Positions 17,202-29,332 of a DNA stretch of 64,000 bases are shown here, one piece after another (position 1 is the stretch's first letter; the number at the start of each line of letters is the position of its first letter). Origin of the DNA: Eubacteriales bacterium (GTDB lineage: Bacteria > Bacillota > Clostridia > Oscillospirales > CAG-272). The notes under the pieces are model-generated. The model worked only from the letters and a program-made list of their open reading frames with translations, had not been told where the DNA came from and did no database searches. A program made the translations under genes and the position numbers. The stretch is from positions 2,003 to 66,002 of the forward strand of contig JAZRCT010000040.1 of NCBI GenBank assembly GCA_045659905.1. Reading direction: 5' to 3'.

Positions 17202-17975
17202 ATGGGCAAAATCGTTTCTTTCTCCAACCAAAAGGGCGGAGTCGGCAAGACGACCTCTTGCGTGAACATATCGGCACAGATTGCCAACAAGGGCAAAAAG
17301 GTTCTTATGATTGATATGGATCCTCAGGGCAACGCCACGAGCGGACTTGGACTTCCGAAGTCTAAAATCAAGAAGACCATTTACGACGTCGTTATCGGCA
17401 AATGCTCTATGGAGGATGCTATAATAAAGACGAGGTTTAAGAATCTTTCGGTAGTACCCGCTACGATAAACCTTGCAGGCGCAGAGCTTGAGCTTCACGA
17501 CCTCGAGGAGGCTGCGGACGAGAATCTCAATTTCTTTAATAAGGAAATAAGCTCGGTTAAGGACGATTACGACTACATATTTATAGATTGCCCTCCCTCG
17601 CTCGGTATGCTTACCGTAAAGGCGCTTTCGGCGTCTGACGGCGTAGTAATTCCTATGCAATGCGAGTTCTATTCGCTTGAGGGTATGTCGCAGCTTTTCA
17701 ACACGATAAAGCGCATCCATCAGCTTTTCAATCCCTCGCTTCGTGTAGTGGGAATTCTTCTTACTATGTATAACGGCAGACTTACGCTTACAAATCAGGT
17801 AGTAGCAGAGCTTAGAAAATATTATCAGGACAAGCTCTTTAAGGTGCCGATTTCAAGGACGGTCAGAATCTCGGAAGCCCCCGGCTACGGTGAGCCTATT
17901 TGCTATCACGACCCTTACGGCAAGGGCTCGCTTGAATACGCAGCGGTAGCAAAGGAGCTTATGACGAGAATTTAA
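17202..17975 (+). CDS. parA: chromosome partitioning ATPase ParA/Soj
   Basis: MGKIVSFSNQKGGVGKTT (deviant Walker A). AAGGAG lies upstream of the ATG at 17202; the ORF-track start at 17127 adds an implausible N-terminus. Confidence 0.93.
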   Translation: MGKIVSFSNQKGGVGKTTSCVNISAQIANKGKKVLMIDMDPQGNATSGLGLPKSKIKKTIYDVVIGKCSMEDAIIKTRFKNLSVVPATINLAGAELELHDLEEAADENLNFFNKEISSVKDDYDYIFIDCPPSLGMLTVKALSASDGVVIPMQCEFYSLEGMSQLFNTIKRIHQLFNPSLRVVGILLTMYNGRLTLTNQVVAELRKYYQDKLFKVPISRTVRISEAPGYGEPICYHDPYGKGSLEYAAVAKELMTRI

Positions 17976-18045
17976 GCCGTAGGCAAAAGCCCCCGAACAT
18001 CTTACAAATACTCGCCCTTGCGGCGGCAGAAACGGAGAACTAAAA

Positions 18046-18935
18046 TGCCAAGAAAGAACAGAGGCCTCGGCAGAGGCATTGACGCTATATATCTTGAAAA
18101 TGCGCTCGACAATATGGGCGGCACAGGCGAAAACACTATCACTATGCTGAATCTCGGAATGGTTGACCCCAAGAGCGACCAGCCGAGAAAATATTTCGAT
18201 AAGGAAGCGCTTGAGGCACTCTCCGAGTCCATTAAGCTTAACGGACTTCTTCAGCCTATTATCGTACGTGAATACGCCGACGACAGATATCAGATAATCG
18301 CAGGCGAGAGAAGATTCAGAGCCTCAAAGCTTGCGGGACTCGAAGAAATCCCCGCAGTTATTCTCGACAGAGACGACAGAGAAGCCGCAGAGCTTTCACT
18401 TATCGAGAATATCCAAAGAGAGGACTTGAATCCCGTAGAGGAGGCGCTTGCATACAGAGCGCTTATCGAAAACCACTCGCTCACTCAGGAGGAGCTTTCG
18501 GCAAGAATAGGCAAGAGCAGAAGCGCAATTGCCAACTCTATGCGTCTTATCGACCTTCCCGACGAGGTGCTTGAAATGGTTGCTAACCGAGATATCTCGG
18601 CAGGTCACGCAAGAGGACTTCTCGGTCTTAAGGACAGAGCCAATATGCTCCCCCTCGCCAATAAAATAGTAGAGTACGACCTTTCGGTAAGACAGCTTGA
18701 GGAGGAGGTAAAGCGAATCAACCGCCAAAAGCCTCCCGTAGAAAACGAAGTAGAGCTTCCTCTCGTTGATTACTTTAGAGAGATGGAGCTTAAAATTCAA
18801 TCGCATCTTGGCAGAGTAGTAAAGATTCAGGGCAAGGGCAAGAAGAAGTCCGTAACCCTCTTTTACGAGGACAACGAGGACCTCGACGAGCTTCTTAAGA
18901 CGATATGCGGCAAGGATTTCCTTGACGAGGTATAA
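18046..18935 (+). CDS. parB: chromosome partitioning protein ParB/Spo0J
   Basis: MPRKNRGLGRGIDAIY..., the IAGERRFRASKLAGL box and an HTH region. It lies directly downstream of parA; GGAG precedes the ATG at 18046. Confidence 0.93.
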
Positions 18936-18940
18936 TTTAT

Positions 18941-19007
18941 AAAGCTTGCGTGTTATGTCAACTATGGTTTGCATATATGCCGTTTTATTCGGTTGCACGC
19001 AAGCTTT
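18941..19007 (+). other. 12-bp-stem hairpin AAAGCTTGCGTG-43nt-CACGCAAGCTTT after parB
   Basis: Perfect inverted repeat followed by CCTTTT. It may be a weak terminator or attenuator before the 19052 gene. Confidence 0.4.
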
Positions 19008-19051
19008 CCTTTTACATTAAATTTAGTGATTTTTAGTAAAGGAGTCGCTTT

Positions 19052-19870
19052 ATGCTCAAAGAATTTTACCACAAATATATCGAACTTAATCTTAAGGATT
19101 ACCCAAATATAGGACTTGACCTTGAGATAAACAAGCTTCTTTTCTTCGTCTTTCTCGCCCTTATTGCGGCATCGGTTTTCGCAAGCTATATTCAGGCAAG
19201 CATTGCCCTTATGGTAAAGAAGCTGCTGAGAACCTCCTCCTTCAATGAGGAAAGCTCAAAGACGCTTGCCGACCTCGGACTTGATAAGCACAAGACGCTG
19301 AAATTTGCTCTTACGAGAGCGACAGGCTCGGCAGCTCTTATTATAAGAGAGGTCGGCAAGCGTACACCGACCTACGAGGAGTATATGGATATCGAGCGCC
19401 GTGAAAAAGAACAGAAGAAAGAGAAGAAAAAGCAAAAGCGTGCTAACCGCCCCTCCTTCTTGTCCTCGCTGAAAAAGCTCGACAGCATAAATAGTCAGCC
19501 AGCGTCAAAAGAGAGTAATTCAATAAGCGTCGCACCCGAAGCTATCACGAAAGAAAGCACCAACGTCGCAACCGCACCCGAGAAAATCGCTGAGGCTTCA
19601 ATCACTCCTGAGGGAAGCGCCGACACCGCTTGCGCAAAGGAAGCCGTATCCGCAAAAGAGCTTCTTCGCAGAGCCGCACCCGATTTTGATACGGCAAAAT
19701 TTTACATTCCAAGCGATATGGAGGAGCGTGCGCTCAGATATTACAACACCAAGCAAGGCTCGGTTGTAAAGACCGTGCTTTCCTGTCTCGGGCTTCTCGC
19801 CTTTTATATCGCCCTCGTCTTTTTGATGCCGACGGCGCTTTCGGCGCTAAGCTCGCTTCTCGGGGGTTAA
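19052..19870 (+). CDS. hypothetical membrane protein with a Lys/Glu-rich low-complexity linker
   Basis: 272-aa ORF with AAGGAG before the ATG, hydrophobic segments near both termini, and a KEQKKEKKKQKR stretch. No family recognised. Confidence 0.6.
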   Translation: MLKEFYHKYIELNLKDYPNIGLDLEINKLLFFVFLALIAASVFASYIQASIALMVKKLLRTSSFNEESSKTLADLGLDKHKTLKFALTRATGSAALIIREVGKRTPTYEEYMDIERREKEQKKEKKKQKRANRPSFLSSLKKLDSINSQPASKESNSISVAPEAITKESTNVATAPEKIAEASITPEGSADTACAKEAVSAKELLRRAAPDFDTAKFYIPSDMEERALRYYNTKQGSVVKTVLSCLGLLAFYIALVFLMPTALSALSSLLGG

Positions 19871-19872
19871 TT

Positions 19873-20613
19873 ATGGCTTCAAGCAAAAAAGTATTTATAT
19901 ATATGCTGACCGCCGAGGAAGGCTCAATTACCGACGCCGAGCTTGATATGCTCTCCGCAGCTCTGCCAGAGGCGCTTTCTGCAAGGTGCGAGGCGGCAAA
20001 CGCCAAGGAGCTAAGGCACGACCGAATTCTCGCCTACACCGCTCTTATGTACGCGCTCTACGAGGCAGGTCACGACCCTGACAATATCGGATTTTCATTC
20101 TCGGAGCTTGGAAAGCCAAGTATACCCAATTCGGACTACAACGTATCAATGTCGCACGCAGGCGGAATCGGCATTGCGGCAATTTCAGGTGACCTTGACC
20201 TCGGAATTGATATCGAGCTTCTTGACGAAAAAACCGCTACCACTCTCCAGCGTGTCTGCAAGCGCTTCGTACCCGATTTTTATCCCGAGCCAAGCTCTCT
20301 TGCCGACTGCATTTTTGACGACGAGCCGAGCTTCACCCCAGACCTTGAAGTGAAGCTTTGCGAGCTTATACCGAAAAGGCAGGAAGGAAGGCTCTATCTT
20401 GAAAAATCAACCGCACGCTGCTGTACGGGGCTTGAATCCTCAAAGGCTGAAAAATGGACCTGCGCCGAGGCGCTCCTCAAGCTTGACGGCAGAGGCTTCA
20501 CCGCCCTCCCACAGCTTGCTGCGATAAGAGAAAGCGCCCACCTTTACTCAACGGCAGTAAAGCCTCACGGCAAAAGCTCCCTCCTCGCCGTTTCTCTCGC
20601 AACGAAACAATAA
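19873..20613 (+). CDS. 4'-phosphopantetheinyl transferase superfamily protein (Sfp-like)
   Basis: SMSHAGG...LGIDIE and WTCAEALLKLDG (W/F-x-x-K/A-E-A-x-x-K) motifs. The start is coupled to the upstream stop (TAATTATG). Confidence 0.7.
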   Translation: MASSKKVFIYMLTAEEGSITDAELDMLSAALPEALSARCEAANAKELRHDRILAYTALMYALYEAGHDPDNIGFSFSELGKPSIPNSDYNVSMSHAGGIGIAAISGDLDLGIDIELLDEKTATTLQRVCKRFVPDFYPEPSSLADCIFDDEPSFTPDLEVKLCELIPKRQEGRLYLEKSTARCCTGLESSKAEKWTCAEALLKLDGRGFTALPQLAAIRESAHLYSTAVKPHGKSSLLAVSLATKQ

Positions 20614-20680
20614 AAATTTTAAAAAAAGGGGCTGTCACATAAGTATTTAATAAAGGGACTTTGCAGCCAAAGTCCTCCTT

Positions 20681-20714
20681 ACACCCCGAAAGCATTTTGG
20701 GGTGTGTTTTTTTA
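20681..20714 (+). terminator. intrinsic terminator ACACCCC-11nt-GGGGTGT + GTTTTTTTA
   Basis: 7-bp GC-rich stem with a T7 run, 68 nt after the stop of the 19873-20613 gene. Confidence 0.8.
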
Positions 20715-20881
20715 TCCAATGCGTCAAGCTTTGGACTTCATCCAAGCGTAAGTCTTGGACTTAATCCATCGAAGATGGACTTCACCCGAGCGTAAGCGAG
20801 GATATCACTGCCACATTAGTGGCAATATCACTCTTTGCGGGAGCAAAGAATATCACTCCTCGCCGTGGCGAGGAATTTCCC
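20715..20881. repeat. hairpin-linker array B: 3 units [TCCAxx hairpin]+CTTMA followed by 4 units [hairpin]+AATATCACT
   Basis: TCCAA-11-TTGGA-CTTCA; TCCAAGcgtaagtCTTGGA-CTTAA; TCCATCgaaGATGGA-CTTCA; (degenerate)-ATATCACT; GCCACattaGTGGC-AATATCACT; CTTTGCgggaGCAAAG-AATATCACT; CCTCGCCgtGGCGAGG-AATTTCCC. Confidence 0.8.
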
Positions 20882-20957
20882 ATTTCGCCCTGAAAGTATT
20901 TTAAGCAGTTATTCGCTTTTATTTACATATGAGTAAATAATTGTTTACTCCTCAAGA

Positions 20958-21000
20958 CAAAAAAGCAAGAGATTTGACAAAGTCTGTCTCTTGCTTTTTG
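20958..21000. terminator. bidirectional intrinsic terminator (AAGCAAGAGA-14nt-TCTCTTGCTT flanked by A-run and T-run)
   Basis: 10-bp perfect stem. On the minus strand it is followed by TTTTTTG, directly downstream of the rnj stop at 21018. Confidence 0.8.
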
Positions 21001-21017
21001 TCTATTTTTTACTTTCT

Positions 21018-23003
21018 TCAGGAATCAAGAATAATCGATATAATCATAGGCTTACGCTTGGTTTCACGATAGATATACTTAGCTAAAGAATCACGGATTT
21101 GATTCTTAATTTCGTTAAAATCACGCACACGCCTATCGAGCGCCGTATTTATTGCAAGCTCGCACACGCGCTTGGCGGCTGCCATAAGGTCGCCGGATTC
21201 CTTTACGTACACGAAGCCTCGGGATACGATATCGGGTCCCGATACAAGATATCCGCCGCGCATATCTATGCCTGCGCAGACTATGACAAGTCCGTCCTCC
21301 GAAAGCAGCTTTCTGTCACGAAGCACAACGCTTCCTATATCACCGATTCCCGAGCCGTCTATCATAACCTTTCCAGCCGACACACTCTCTCCGAACGATG
21401 CTCTCTGCCTTTCAAGCACAAGCACACGGCCAAGCTCGGATATGAAAATATTAGACGAGGGGATTCCCATAAATTCGGCTATTTGCCGATTGGCGTAAAG
21501 GTGCCTTGCCTCGCCGTGTATCGGCATATAATATTTCGGCTTAAGCAGAGCTATCAGAAGCTTGATTTCCTCGCTGCAGGCGTGTCCCGACACGTGGACG
21601 TCCTCCACCGAATCGTTTACCACCTTTACCCCGTTTTTAACGAGAGCGTTTATAATCTTACCGACGAGCTTTTCGTTGCCCGGGATTGCCGACGAGGAAA
21701 GGACTACGGTATCGTTAGTGGAAAGCTTCACCTTTTCGTGCTCCGAAAAGGCTATTCTGTAAAGCGCCGACATAGGCTCGCCCTGGCTTCCCGTGGTAAT
21801 AAGCGTGATTTCCTCGGGGCGGAAGCGCTTTATTTCGGAAATATCTATAAGCGTATCGTCGGGAATTTCCATATACCCAAGCTCGGCGGCAGCGCCTATA
21901 ATATTTACCATACTCCTGCCAAGCACGGCTACACGCCTATGATATTTTGCGCTTGCGTTAATTATCTGCTGTACTCTATGCACGTTTGACGAGAAGGTGG
22001 CTATTATGAGTCTGTTGTTCTCGTTTTGCATAAAAATTCTATCAAGAGAATTTCCGACCGTGCGCTCAGACGGGGTGTATCCCGCTCTTTCCGCATTGGT
22101 TGATTCGCAAAGCAAGAGGTCAACTCCGCTCTTTCCTATCTCGCCTATTCTGGCAAGGTCCATAATTTTACCGTCTATCGGCGATACGTCGAGCTTAAAA
22201 TCGCCCGAATGAAATACCGTTCCTGCGGGTGTCTTTATATAAAGTGCGCAGGCGTCTGCAATAGAATGGTTTACGTGTATAAACTCAACCTTAAATACGC
22301 CGACGCTTATCACGTCGCCTGCCTCAACCGTATAGAGCCTCGGTGTATTCGGCGGCTTATGCTCATCAAGCTTGCCCTCGATTATTCCAAGTGACAGACG
22401 TGTGCCGTAAATCGGGGTATCAATAGAGGAAAGCAGATAGGGAATTCCACCTATATGGTCCTCGTGACCGTGAGTTATGAAAACACCTCTTAGCTTGTGG
22501 GCGTTGTTTATTACGTAGGAAAAATCGGGGATAACCAAGTCAACACCCGGCATATCCTCGTCAGGAAAGGCAAGTCCGGTATCGACGATAATCATATCCT
22601 CGCCGTATTCAAGCACCGTCATATTCTTGCCGATTTCGCCAAGTCCGCCAAGCGGAATTATTTTAAGCTTACCCGCTCTCTTGTGCGGCTGCTTTTCGGA
22701 GCTTTTCGGGTTCTTTTCTTTAATTTTCATAAAATCCCCGTTCGTTTTTACGTTTTTTTCCGCTTTGCCACCCGCCCTATTATGAGCGCTTATTCCGCTT
22801 TTTCTTTGCTGACTCTTTTTTGCGACGGTCTTGTGCTTTTTTTCTTCTGGTGTGCTCCTTTTCGATTCAAGCCTTGGCTTTGACGCCCCACGCACCAAAT
22901 CCTTGCGGGCGCCACGCTCTAAAGCTGTACCCTTCGTCTTTTTTTCTTGGGGTATTGTGTTTTTTTCTTTGATTTTTGTGTTTTTGTTTTTTTCTTTAAT
23001 CAT
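21018..23003 (-). CDS. rnj: ribonuclease J (metallo-beta-lactamase/beta-CASP) with a ~100-aa Lys-rich N-terminal extension if the first ATG is used
   Basis: KLKIIPLGGLGEIGKNMTVLEY and HGHEDHIGG motifs. An alternative start at MKIKEKNPK (about 22730) has GGGGA upstream. Confidence 0.9.
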   Translation of the reverse strand: MIKEKNKNTKIKEKNTIPQEKKTKGTALERGARKDLVRGASKPRLESKRSTPEEKKHKTVAKKSQQRKSGISAHNRAGGKAEKNVKTNGDFMKIKEKNPKSSEKQPHKRAGKLKIIPLGGLGEIGKNMTVLEYGEDMIIVDTGLAFPDEDMPGVDLVIPDFSYVINNAHKLRGVFITHGHEDHIGGIPYLLSSIDTPIYGTRLSLGIIEGKLDEHKPPNTPRLYTVEAGDVISVGVFKVEFIHVNHSIADACALYIKTPAGTVFHSGDFKLDVSPIDGKIMDLARIGEIGKSGVDLLLCESTNAERAGYTPSERTVGNSLDRIFMQNENNRLIIATFSSNVHRVQQIINASAKYHRRVAVLGRSMVNIIGAAAELGYMEIPDDTLIDISEIKRFRPEEITLITTGSQGEPMSALYRIAFSEHEKVKLSTNDTVVLSSSAIPGNEKLVGKIINALVKNGVKVVNDSVEDVHVSGHACSEEIKLLIALLKPKYYMPIHGEARHLYANRQIAEFMGIPSSNIFISELGRVLVLERQRASFGESVSAGKVMIDGSGIGDIGSVVLRDRKLLSEDGLVIVCAGIDMRGGYLVSGPDIVSRGFVYVKESGDLMAAAKRVCELAINTALDRRVRDFNEIKNQIRDSLAKYIYRETKRKPMIISIILDS

Positions 23004-23024
23004 AATTATAATTTTTGACCTTGA

Positions 23025-23288
23025 TTAAATCAGAAGTAAAGCCGTAATAAAAATAAGCATACAGAAAAAGAATCCTGCGCCAAAAAACAAGGCTCTCTCC
23101 GAAAGCCTCGGCGTACGACTCTTTTTTATTCTTTGTTTTTTGTTTTTATTGATAATCCTGCACGCCTCACTGACTATTTCGTCAGAAACCGGCTCGCCTA
23201 TATCCCCTTTGATAATGAAATAGGCTTCCTCAAAGATATCACTCTCGGGATTTTTCAAAAAAACAACTCTTTTCTGATATCCGCGCAT
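23025..23288 (-). CDS. hypothetical small tail-anchored membrane protein
   Basis: 87-aa ORF with a C-terminal hydrophobic helix (ALFFGAGFFFCMLIFITALLLI). No family recognised with certainty. Confidence 0.5.
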   Translation of the reverse strand: MRGYQKRVVFLKNPESDIFEEAYFIIKGDIGEPVSDEIVSEACRIINKNKKQRIKKSRTPRLSERALFFGAGFFFCMLIFITALLLI

Positions 23289-23414
23289 AATTCACCCTTG
23301 TATCACGGTGCTTGGTTTATGCGCCGTGCGCACAGCCTCCGTCAAATACTTATGATATTATAGACAAAGCTATGCGCACTCTATTCGCCATCCTCTCGAT
23401 TTAATCAAAAAGGA

Positions 23415-23810
23415 TTAAACGGGAGCTTCAACCTCGTTGCCGTTCTCGTCTACGTAAACCTCAATTTCCTCGTAGACCTCGTCGTCTGCAAGCTCTACCT
23501 CGTTACCGTCCTCGTCTACGTAAACCTCAACCTCAACGTAGTCAGCGTCCTCTACCTTTGCCTTGGGCTTAGGACCTCTCTTCTTTCTCTTCTTCTCGGG
23601 GAGGGGAATATCAAAGGTGTCGTCAAGAAGGTCGTCTATCGAGATGTTGAAAAGCAGCTTGATTTCAAGAAGCTTTGCTACCTCAGGATAAGACTGAGCG
23701 CTTTCCCACTTATAAACCGCCTGACGAGAAACGCCAACTGCACATGCAAGTTCGTCCTGGGTAATCTTTTTGATTTTTCTGAGTCTTACGATTTTCTCTG
23801 CGAAGGTCAT
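23415..23810 (-). CDS. XRE-family helix-turn-helix protein with an acidic tandem-repeat tail
   Basis: N-terminus FAEKIVRLRKIKKITQDELACAVGVSRQAVYKWESAQSYP (Cro/C1 HTH). C-terminus VEVYVDEDGNEVELADDEVYEEIEVYVDENGNEVEAPV. Confidence 0.8.
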   Translation of the reverse strand: MTFAEKIVRLRKIKKITQDELACAVGVSRQAVYKWESAQSYPEVAKLLEIKLLFNISIDDLLDDTFDIPLPEKKRKKRGPKPKAKVEDADYVEVEVYVDEDGNEVELADDEVYEEIEVYVDENGNEVEAPV

Positions 23811-23858
23811 TGTTATGTCCTCTCTTTACGTTTTATTTTTATTTTATATTTTAAAAAA

Positions 23859-24533
23859 TTATTCGGTTGACCCTACGTCGTATCTTTTGTAGGTTGGATT
23901 GTTTATGCGGAAGCCGTTTTGCTCCTCGATAAGCTCAACCTCTGCGTAGGTGCTTCGGCTCTTACCGTCGGGATTTGTAACCTTAACCGCTATTTTGACG
24001 AATATGCTCTCGCCCTTTACTCTTTCTACCGAAAGCGTGCTGTAATCATACTCGCACTTATCCTTTAAGAACACCTCAGCGTTCTTATATACCATAATAC
24101 ATTCGGGCTTCTCGTCAAGCGCACTGTATTTCTGGTAATATCTTGCGTATATCTTAATACCGTCCTCATCGCTTACCGAGGAGAGCTTCGTTCCGATTAC
24201 TATATTTGCATAGTCCTCGGTAAAGGTATCCTTGGTAAGAGCTACTATATCGTCAACAGTCTCAACACCTAGAAGCATCAGGGATTCCTCGTCTGCGGCG
24301 TAATATGCGCCGTTTGCCAGCGACAAATCAGGGGAATACATTATTCCCTCGCCCCAATAAATTATATTGAGCCTTTCGGATTTCTTTATAAGATTTTCGG
24401 CAGCTAAAAGCACCTCGGCTTCGTCGTAATCTCTGTTCTTTTCTCCGCACGAAGAAAGAGAAAATATCGAAGATATGACAACAAATATTGACAATATCAA
24501 GGAAATAAGAGCTTTTATTCCCGGCTTTTCCAT
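23859..24533 (-). CDS. putative lipoprotein, function unknown
   Basis: Signal peptide ending in the lipobox LSSC ([31 protein letters not shown]). The start overlaps the gyrA stop. Confidence 0.65.
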   Translation of the reverse strand: MEKPGIKALISLILSIFVVISSIFSLSSCGEKNRDYDEAEVLLAAENLIKKSERLNIIYWGEGIMYSPDLSLANGAYYAADEESLMLLGVETVDDIVALTKDTFTEDYANIVIGTKLSSVSDEDGIKIYARYYQKYSALDEKPECIMVYKNAEVFLKDKCEYDYSTLSVERVKGESIFVKIAVKVTNPDGKSRSTYAEVELIEEQNGFRINNPTYKRYDVGSTE

Positions 24534-27088
24534 CAGAAGCTTTCCTCTTCATCAAAGCTTGCTCTCTCAACCTCGGGTGCCGCCTTTGCCTCCTCGGTGG
24601 GCAGCATCTCATCAAGAGCCTTTGCCTCTGCCTCTATATCCTCGCTCTTTTCAAGACGGGAAAGGTTGATAACCTTCATACCTTCACCAAGCCTCATTAC
24701 TATGACACCAGACGCCACTCTTGAATAAACGTTGATATCCGATACCGACATTCTGATAATAGTGCCGGTGTTCGTAATAAGCATTATATCGTCATCCTCG
24801 GATACAGTTGAAATAGCTGCAAGCTTGCCCGATTTCTCGGTAAGCTTATGGCAGGTAACACCCTTACCGCCTCTGTGCTTCATTTCACGGAAGTCCGAGA
24901 AGCTCGTTCTCTTACCAAGACCGCCCTCGGTAACGGTAAGAAGCGTCTTTTCGTCGTCAACGAGCGCAACGCCTATTACGACGTCGTCACCTGAAAGAGT
25001 GATACCTCTTACACCTCTTGCGGTTCTGCCCATAGAACGGACGTTGTTTTCGTCAAAGCGTACGCACATACCGTCTCTTGTAGCAAGAATCAGGCTTTCG
25101 TTACCTTTGGTGTGGCGCACAAAGATAAGCTCGTCGCCCTCGTCGAGGTTGATTGCTATCTTTCCGCCCTTTCTCTGATACTCAAAATCGGTAAGAGCGC
25201 ATCTCTTGATTACGCCGTATCTCGTCACCATCGTAAGATATTCGCCCTCGGTGAACTCCTGAATGCTTATCATAGAAGTAACCTTTTCGCCCTCGGCAAG
25301 TCCCTCTATAATATTTACGAGGTTAGAGCCCTTGGCGGTTCTTCCCGCCTCGGGAATTCTGTACGCCTTCTTTGCATATACCTTACCGTTGTTGGTAAAG
25401 AAGAGAATGTAGGAATGGCTCGACGCTACAATTACCTTTTCTACGTAGTCGTCCTCCTTGGTGGTCATACCGATTATACCCTTACCGCCTCTGTTCTGAG
25501 CGTTGTATACGTCAGCCTTCTGGCGCTTGATATAGCCCGTATGGCTCATAGTGATAACGCAGGTGTGTCTTTCTATCAAATCCTCAAGGTCTATTTCCTC
25601 GGTAGCCTCGGTGATTTCGGTAAGTCTTCCGTCACCGTACTTATTCTTTATTTCGTTAAGCTCGTCCTTAAGTATATCCTTAACCTTTTCCTCGTCCTCG
25701 AGGATTCCCTGAAGCTCGGCTACTATTACGGTAAGCTTGGCAATTCTGTCCTCAACCTTCTGTCTTTCAAGACCTGAAAGCTTACCGAGCGTCATTTCGA
25801 CGATTGCCTGAGCCTGAGCGTCCGAAAGCTCGAATCTTGCAATAAGAGCCTCCTTTGCTGCGGGTATGGATTCACTCCTCTTGATAATAGCTATAACCTC
25901 GTCTATATTATCTATTGCTATTTTGTAGCCCTCGAGAATATGCATCTCACGAAGCGCCTTATCAAGATCAAACTTAGTTCTGTTTACAATTACGGATTTC
26001 TGGAATTCAATATATCTGTCAAGCACAGCTCCGAGCGATAAAATCTTAGGCTCGCCGCCGTCGATAACCAGCATATTGATAGAGCAGGTGTCCTGAAGCT
26101 GAGTATACTTATAAAGCTGATTGAGTATAACCTCGCCGTTGGCGTCTCTCTTATACTCTACTACTATTCTCATTCCACCGCGGCCCGATTCGTCACGAAG
26201 TCCCGAAATACCCTCTATTTTCTTGTCCTTTACAAGGTTGGCTATGCTCTCTATAAGCATAGACTTATTTACCATATAGGGAATTTCGGTGAATATGATT
26301 CTCTTGTGGTCGTCCTCTACCGTCGCTCTCGCTCTGATATATACTCTGCCTCTGCCCGTCTCATAAGCCTCCCTTATACCTCTCGTACCGTATATTACGG
26401 CAGCGGTGGGGAAGTCTGGGCCTTTTATATATTCCATAAGCTCGTCAACCGAGCACTCGGGATTATCTATTCTGTATACCGTACCGTCTATTACCTCGGT
26501 GAGATTGTGCGGGGGAATATTGGTCGCCATACCTACTGCTATACCGACGGAGCCGTTTACCAGAAGATTCGGAAATCTTGAGGGAAGCACAGTGGGCTCG
26601 TCTCTCGTATTATCAAAGTTCCTCGTCATAGGAACGACGCACTTTTCGATATCGCTCATCATATGATTTGCGATTTTCGCCATTCTTGCCTCGGTGTAAC
26701 GGTATGCGGCAGGGGGGTCACCGTCAACACTACCGAAGTTACCGTGTCCTTCAACGAGAGGATATCTCAACGAGAAATCCTGAGCCATTCTTACCATCGT
26801 GCCGTAAACCGCAGAGTCACCGTGCGGATGGTATCTACCAAGCACGTTACCTACCGTCGTAGCCGATTTTCTGAAGGGCTTTTCGTGGGTAAGATTGTCC
26901 TCGTACATAGCGTAAAGAATTCTTCTCTGACCGGGCTTCATACCGTCTCTTACATCAGGAAGAGCTCTTGAGGTGATAACGCTCATAGAATACTCTATAA
27001 ACGAGGTCTCAACCTCACGCCTCATATCACGAAGCTCTATTCTCTGCTCGGGAAATTCTATATCCGAGCTTTTGTAATTATGTTCCAT
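24533..27088 (-). CDS. gyrA: DNA gyrase subunit A
   Basis: 851 aa; [12 protein letters not shown] (QRDR) and [10 protein letters not shown] active-site region. Confidence 0.97.
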   Translation of the reverse strand: MEHNYKSSDIEFPEQRIELRDMRREVETSFIEYSMSVITSRALPDVRDGMKPGQRRILYAMYEDNLTHEKPFRKSATTVGNVLGRYHPHGDSAVYGTMVRMAQDFSLRYPLVEGHGNFGSVDGDPPAAYRYTEARMAKIANHMMSDIEKCVVPMTRNFDNTRDEPTVLPSRFPNLLVNGSVGIAVGMATNIPPHNLTEVIDGTVYRIDNPECSVDELMEYIKGPDFPTAAVIYGTRGIREAYETGRGRVYIRARATVEDDHKRIIFTEIPYMVNKSMLIESIANLVKDKKIEGISGLRDESGRGGMRIVVEYKRDANGEVILNQLYKYTQLQDTCSINMLVIDGGEPKILSLGAVLDRYIEFQKSVIVNRTKFDLDKALREMHILEGYKIAIDNIDEVIAIIKRSESIPAAKEALIARFELSDAQAQAIVEMTLGKLSGLERQKVEDRIAKLTVIVAELQGILEDEEKVKDILKDELNEIKNKYGDGRLTEITEATEEIDLEDLIERHTCVITMSHTGYIKRQKADVYNAQNRGGKGIIGMTTKEDDYVEKVIVASSHSYILFFTNNGKVYAKKAYRIPEAGRTAKGSNLVNIIEGLAEGEKVTSMISIQEFTEGEYLTMVTRYGVIKRCALTDFEYQRKGGKIAINLDEGDELIFVRHTKGNESLILATRDGMCVRFDENNVRSMGRTARGVRGITLSGDDVVIGVALVDDEKTLLTVTEGGLGKRTSFSDFREMKHRGGKGVTCHKLTEKSGKLAAISTVSEDDDIMLITNTGTIIRMSVSDINVYSRVASGVIVMRLGEGMKVINLSRLEKSEDIEAEAKALDEMLPTEEAKAAPEVERASFDEEESF

Positions 27089-27117
27089 TTCAAATTCCTT
27101 TCGTTTTTATGCGAATC

Positions 27118-29331
<2,214 letters not shown>

Positions 29332-29332
<1 letters not shown>

